DNA from: Eledone cirrhosa | Taxonomy: Eukaryota | DNA length: 64,000 nt | Direction of reading: 5' to 3' | Assembly (NCBI GenBank): GCA_964016885.1 | Contig: OZ024758.1 | Span: forward strand, 13,330,001-13,394,000 | Part shown: positions 58,927-64,000 of the stretch, piece by piece | Layout: each line of letters starts with the position of its first letter | Numbering within the stretch: position 1 is the stretch's first letter | Position numbers and translations under genes: made by a program | The notes under the pieces: generated by a model | Seen by the model: the letters and a program-made list of their open reading frames with translations, nothing else | What the model was told of the DNA's origin: nothing | Databases searched by the model: none

Positions 58927-59018
58927 CAGAGCTCAAGCCGTTTCGACGGCTATTTCTGGACTAGAAATAGCCGTCGAAACGGCTTGAGCTCTGCAGTCGG
59001 GGTCATACTTTTTCCAAT
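58924..59018. mobile_element. Family A palindrome remnant
   Basis: Arms only, inside (TA)n. Confidence 0.75.
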
Positions 59019-59263
59019 ATATATATATATATATATATATGTCTCTCTCTCTATCTCTCTCCAAAGTCACCATATCTACAATCCATCAACTTCATCTCTT
59101 ATTTACTTTAAATTAGTTGTCAACAAACGAATCAATGTAAAATATAATTGACCAAACAGATTATTATTGAACCCAATATTATACACACACACATACACAC
59201 ACATGTATATATATACATACACACACACACACATATGTATATGTATATATATATACATATATA

Positions 59264-59296
<33 letters not shown>

Positions 59297-59307
59297 ATAT
59301 ATATGTA

Positions 59308-59377
<70 letters not shown>

Positions 59378-59384
<7 letters not shown>

Positions 59385-60604
59385 AGATCAAAAGATGGTT
59401 AAAGGAGTTCCATATATTTTATTATGCGCATTTCAAAAACAAACATCATCATGCAATAATATTTGTGTTTTCATCAGATAAAACAGGAGAACATGATATG
59501 AAGGCTAAAAAACACTTGTGGATAGTGCAGTTTTAAATCAACATATGAAAAGTGGTTTTAGATTGATGTGTGATATTGGGAAAAATATTTTATTTAGAGA
59601 GGGGGGGTGGAAAGGATGAAAAGGGAAGGAGATGAGAGGGAGAGATGGGTGATAGAGAGAAAGAGATAGTTTTTATAACTGAGAGGAGATATATTTTTTA
59701 TTAACTCTTTATTCACATATATTATCAATTCAATCAATATACAAACTTTAACTTCACATTATTTTTCTCAAATCCTTCTACACACAAACCTTAATAATTT
59801 TTCTCTTCGTTAATTTTGAAATTGCCACAATACATACATTTCTTTTTTGACGTTAGAATATTCATCCACAATTATTATTTTTTTCTCTCTATCTTCATAC
59901 ATAATTTCCCTTCGTTAATTTTCAAATTCCTTTAATTTATACATTATCTTCCAACGGTTCCCAACCTCTCTATGTTAAAACAATATATCTTTTTCTCAGT
60001 TATAAAAACTATCTCTTTCTCTCTATCACCCATCTCTCCCTCTCCACCTTCACTCTCATCTCCTCCCCCTTTTTTTCATCCCCCCCCCCCTCCCTAAATA
60101 AAATATTTTTTCCTCGCACATATCCTCCCTTCGTTAATTTTCAAAATTTTTAATTTATACAGTATCTTCCAACGGTTTTCAACCTCTCTATGTAAAAAAT
60201 ATATCTCCTCTCAGTTATAAAAACTATCTCTTTCTCTCTATCACCCATCTCTCCCTCTCATCTCCTTCCCTTTTCATCCTTTCCACCCCCCCCTCTCTAA
60301 ATAAAATATTTTTCCCAATATCACACATCAATCTAAAACCACTTTTCATATGTTGATTTAAAACTGCACTATCCACAAGTGTTTTTTAGCCTTCATATCA
60401 TGTTCTCCTGTTTTATCTGATGAAAACACAAATATTATTGCATGATGATGTTTGTTTTTGAAATGCGCATAATAAAATATATGGAACTCCTTTAACCATC
60501 TTTTGATCTTATATTATGCATACTCCAGTCCTACAAACTGTAGAGTGCTTCTTATCTGATATCTGCATTGCTTTATTGTACTACAATAAAACTCACCTCC
60601 TACA
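59378..60604 (+). mobile_element. Longest family C element: ~320-bp inverted arms, ~490-bp spacer, two hammerheads and tail
   Basis: Arms 59378-59700 and 60193-60517; hammerheads 59416-59484 (-) and 60411-60478 (+); tail 60518-60604. Confidence 0.85.
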
Positions 60605-60844
60605 TTATATATATATATATATATATATATGTGTATGTATATATATATATAAAGAAATACCTATGATGGCTAGTAGACCACTGATGATGGATAGTCCTGG
60701 CTTCTATTTCTAATTCTTCATTTTATTTATATATGTATATATGTATATATACACATAAACATACAGTGTATTCATATATAAACTATATACATCAATACAG
60801 TATATACATTTCTCTCTCCTTCCCCCTTTTTCTTTATTTCTCTC

Positions 60845-60950
<106 letters not shown>

Positions 60951-61434
60951 TATTATACATATACATATATGTAGCATATACACTACTTAATTCACAACAT
61001 AATCAACTCCTCTAATTTTCTAAATGGAAAAGCCTGCTCTGTTCTAATTGTAAATCTCCGTTGCCAAGATATTATAAACTCAATTATAGTTTAAAACCAC
61101 AAACATTAAATACTCAACCACCGGCCCTTCTCCTTCTTTTCAACCTATAAAAAAAACATTTACTGCAGAGTTTTGTCTTGTATTTTTTTTTTTGTTCTTG
61201 TTTGTTTTATTTTTGCTGCTTAGTTAGAGGAGGAATTGAGCTACAAAGTCTTGTGGTTAGCTGTGTTGCTTTCATGATTAACCCTTCAGCATTTAAACTG
61301 GCCGTATCCGGCCAGAATTCTCTCACCTTTTTCTGTTTAAACTGGCTGTAACCGGCTACTCATATTGATGTTAAGGTATTGTTCTCAAAATAAATAACAT
61401 CAAAATCTCATAGATTAGATATTATGTAAGATAA

Positions 61435-61650
61435 ATATGTGAGGTAAAGCCTTTACCATGAAAATACAATAGTATATATAGAGTAATGCAAATGTTATGT
61501 GAGATATTATGTGAGGTAAAGCCTTTACTGTGAAAATACAATAGTATATATAGAGTAATGTAAATGTTATGTGAAATATTATGTGAGGTAAAGCCTTTAC
61601 TATGAAAATACAACAGTATATATAGAGTAATGTAAATGTTATGTGAGATA
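61435..61650. repeat. 72-bp tandem repeat, three copies
   Basis: Seen directly. Confidence 0.9.
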
Positions 61651-61654
61651 TTAA

Positions 61655-62040
61655 GGTGATGGGGTTGGTGATAGTGGCGGTGGTGATGGTGGTGGTGGTG
61701 GTGGTGGTGGTGGTGGTGGTGGTGGTGATGGTGGTTGGTGATAGTGGTGGTGGTGGTGGTGGTGGTGATGGTGGTTGGTGATAGTGGTGGTGGTGGTGGT
61801 GATGGTGGTTGGTGGTGGTGGTGGTGGTGTTGATGGTGGTGGTGGTGGTGTTGATGGTGGTGGTGGTGGTAGGGGTGATAGTGGTATTGGTGGTGGTGGT
61901 GATGGTGGTGCTGGTGGTGCTGATGGTGGTGGTGGTGGTGGTGATGGTGGTAGTGGTGGTAATGATGGGGATAATGATGGTGGTGGTGATGGTTGTGATG
62001 GTGGTGTTGGTGGGGGTGATAGTTGTGATGGTGGTAATAA
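61655..62040. repeat. (GGT/GAT)n microsatellite
   Basis: Seen directly. Confidence 0.95.
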
Positions 62041-62472
62041 TGGCACTGACTATTAGACAAGATTAAAAACACAGCCAGACATCATTCATAGAGTTACACG
62101 GTAATGTTACGTGTTAGCTATTACCAAAAACATTTAAAACTTAAAACAAAATTGAAATATAATCAAAACAAAAAGCTATATTCAAACAAACAAACAAACA
62201 AACAAACAAATAAATAAATAAATAAATAGTTTGATTGATTAAATTAATTATAAGGTTTTCTGAAAGATTTTCTAATTGAATTGTCAGGAGATATCTGGCC
62301 TGGGGTAGAGTAGGAAACAAGAGAACGATGCTTCCTTTTGTCGAGGAGGAACAAAAGCAACTTCTATATCGTTTGAAGGTAATGTGTTTGTACTTTAGCA
62401 CAGGCTAAGAGAAGTAGATCTGAGAGTGTGTCGTGGTTCTAGTGTCGGTGGCCGTGGAGAGGCAGAAAGGAA

Positions 62473-62980
62473 GTTGTACTTAGATATTTGGTAAATGATC
62501 AAATGTTTGTGAGTTCAAAACTTACTGTTACTCATTGCTGTTCTTAGTCTAGCTACCACATTTATAGAGCATCTTACCCCTGATTTTGTCCTCTAGTTAC
62601 TTGTACTTAGATATTTGGTAAATGATCAAATGGTTGTGAGTTCAAAACTTACTGTTACTCATTGCTGTTCTTAGTCTAGCTACCACATTTATAGAGCATC
62701 TTACCCCTGATTTTGTCCTCTAGTTACTGTTGTTCTCCTTAGTCTAGCTACCACATTTATAGAGCATCTTACCCCTGATTTTGTCCTCTAGTTACTGTTG
62801 TTCTCCTTAGTCTAGCTACCTCATTTACAGAGCATCAAACCCCTAATTTTGTCAAATAGTTAATGTTGTTCTCCTAAGTCTAGCTACCACATTTACAGAG
62901 AATCTAACCCCTGATTTTGTACCCTAGTTACTGTTAGTGTTCTTAGTCTAGCTACCACATTTTCAAAGAATCTACCCCCT
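62473..62980. repeat. ~66-bp minisatellite with a ~128-bp duplication
   Basis: cttagtctagctaccacatttatagagcatcttacccctgattttgtcctctagttact repeated about 6 times. Confidence 0.85.
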
Positions 62981-64000
62981 GGATGAGTTGGTCCCCTAAT
63001 TACCAACATTCTAACGCCTCTGCCAATTTGTCGCCTGTAATTATAAATTAATAATTGACTAATAACGTATACTTGTGTGGTGGTGGTGGTGAGTGGGTCG
63101 GGAGATATGTGTATGTCTGTATATTCTTAATGGCTGGCAGATTGACAAACCATCAAACATAGTTCTATCATAATTACAACAATATTTAATCAATCTTACG
63201 GTAAAGATAATTCAGGTTACAAGAGGAATCTTTAAGAACTGATTTCACTCATCACACAGATATTGCTGCATGGTTAAAGGATTTGTTTCACAGCCACCTA
63301 GTTTTAGGTTTGATACTACTGTGAGGCACATTGGGAAAGTAAGTGTCTTCTATTATATCTTTTGTATAACTAGTGGCTTTCTGAGTGAAATTTGGTAGAC
63401 AGAAACTATGCAAAAGCCTGTCATATTTAAATATAAAAGATTTGTGTATATGTGTGAGATTCTGCGAGTGTGTGAGTGTGAGTCTGTGTGAGTGTGAGTC
63501 TGTGTGAGTATGAGTCTGTGTGAGTGTCTTCTACTATATCTTTTGTATAACCAGTGGCTTTCTGAATGAAATTTGGTAGATGGAAACTATGTAAAAGCCT
63601 GTCATATTTAAATATATAAAGATAAAAATATATATATATGTGTGTGATTCTGTGAATCTCTGAGTCTGTGTGTGTGTGTGTGTATTCATATTGATACAAC
63701 TTTGGCATCTGGTGATGTTTGTTTATGTCCCATATAAACAATAAATTCCACAAATCAATGGTGTGACACTAGAAGATCAATGGAATAAAAAATGTGTCAC
63801 TTAAAAACAAATATACTTTGACAGCATCGGAAAGAGGTCTCTAACTATAGAATACTGTCTCAAAAATGTTTTCTCCTTCCCATGACAGCAGGGGAAAAGT
63901 GGACATAAATGCGAAGATGTAACAGGATTTTATGATGTCTCTATAAAACTGTAACAGTCTGTTGTTTGAAATCTAATTTAGAATGAAGAAAATACAATTT

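Overview
AT-rich, microsatellite-saturated eukaryotic non-coding DNA. The repeat landscape suggests a coleoid cephalopod such as Octopus; this is inference, not a database match. No host protein-coding exon can be supported, and nearly all ORFs in the track are translations of simple repeats. The window holds several tRNA-derived SINE families, decayed 3' ends of non-LTR retrotransposons (RTE, RTE-X, R4/Dong-like and CRE-like), a few DNA-transposon remnants, minisatellites and a 9-copy ~380-bp tandem array. The dominant signal is about ten unrelated families of short non-coding elements sitting in (TA)n tracts. They share one layout: an inverted fold-back arm, a minimal type I hammerhead ribozyme (about 25 near-complete motifs read by eye, plus about a dozen 3' half-motifs) and a 3' tail left out of the inversion. 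This is the pseudo-LTR layout of Penelope-like retroelements. In at least 7 families with otherwise dissimilar sequence, the tail starts with the same covarying bulged hairpin, RCTC-[stem-loop]-TH-GAGY-RYTY, located right where the inverted arm stops. In the commonest family the fold-back centre falls in ribozyme stem II or at the predicted cleavage site.
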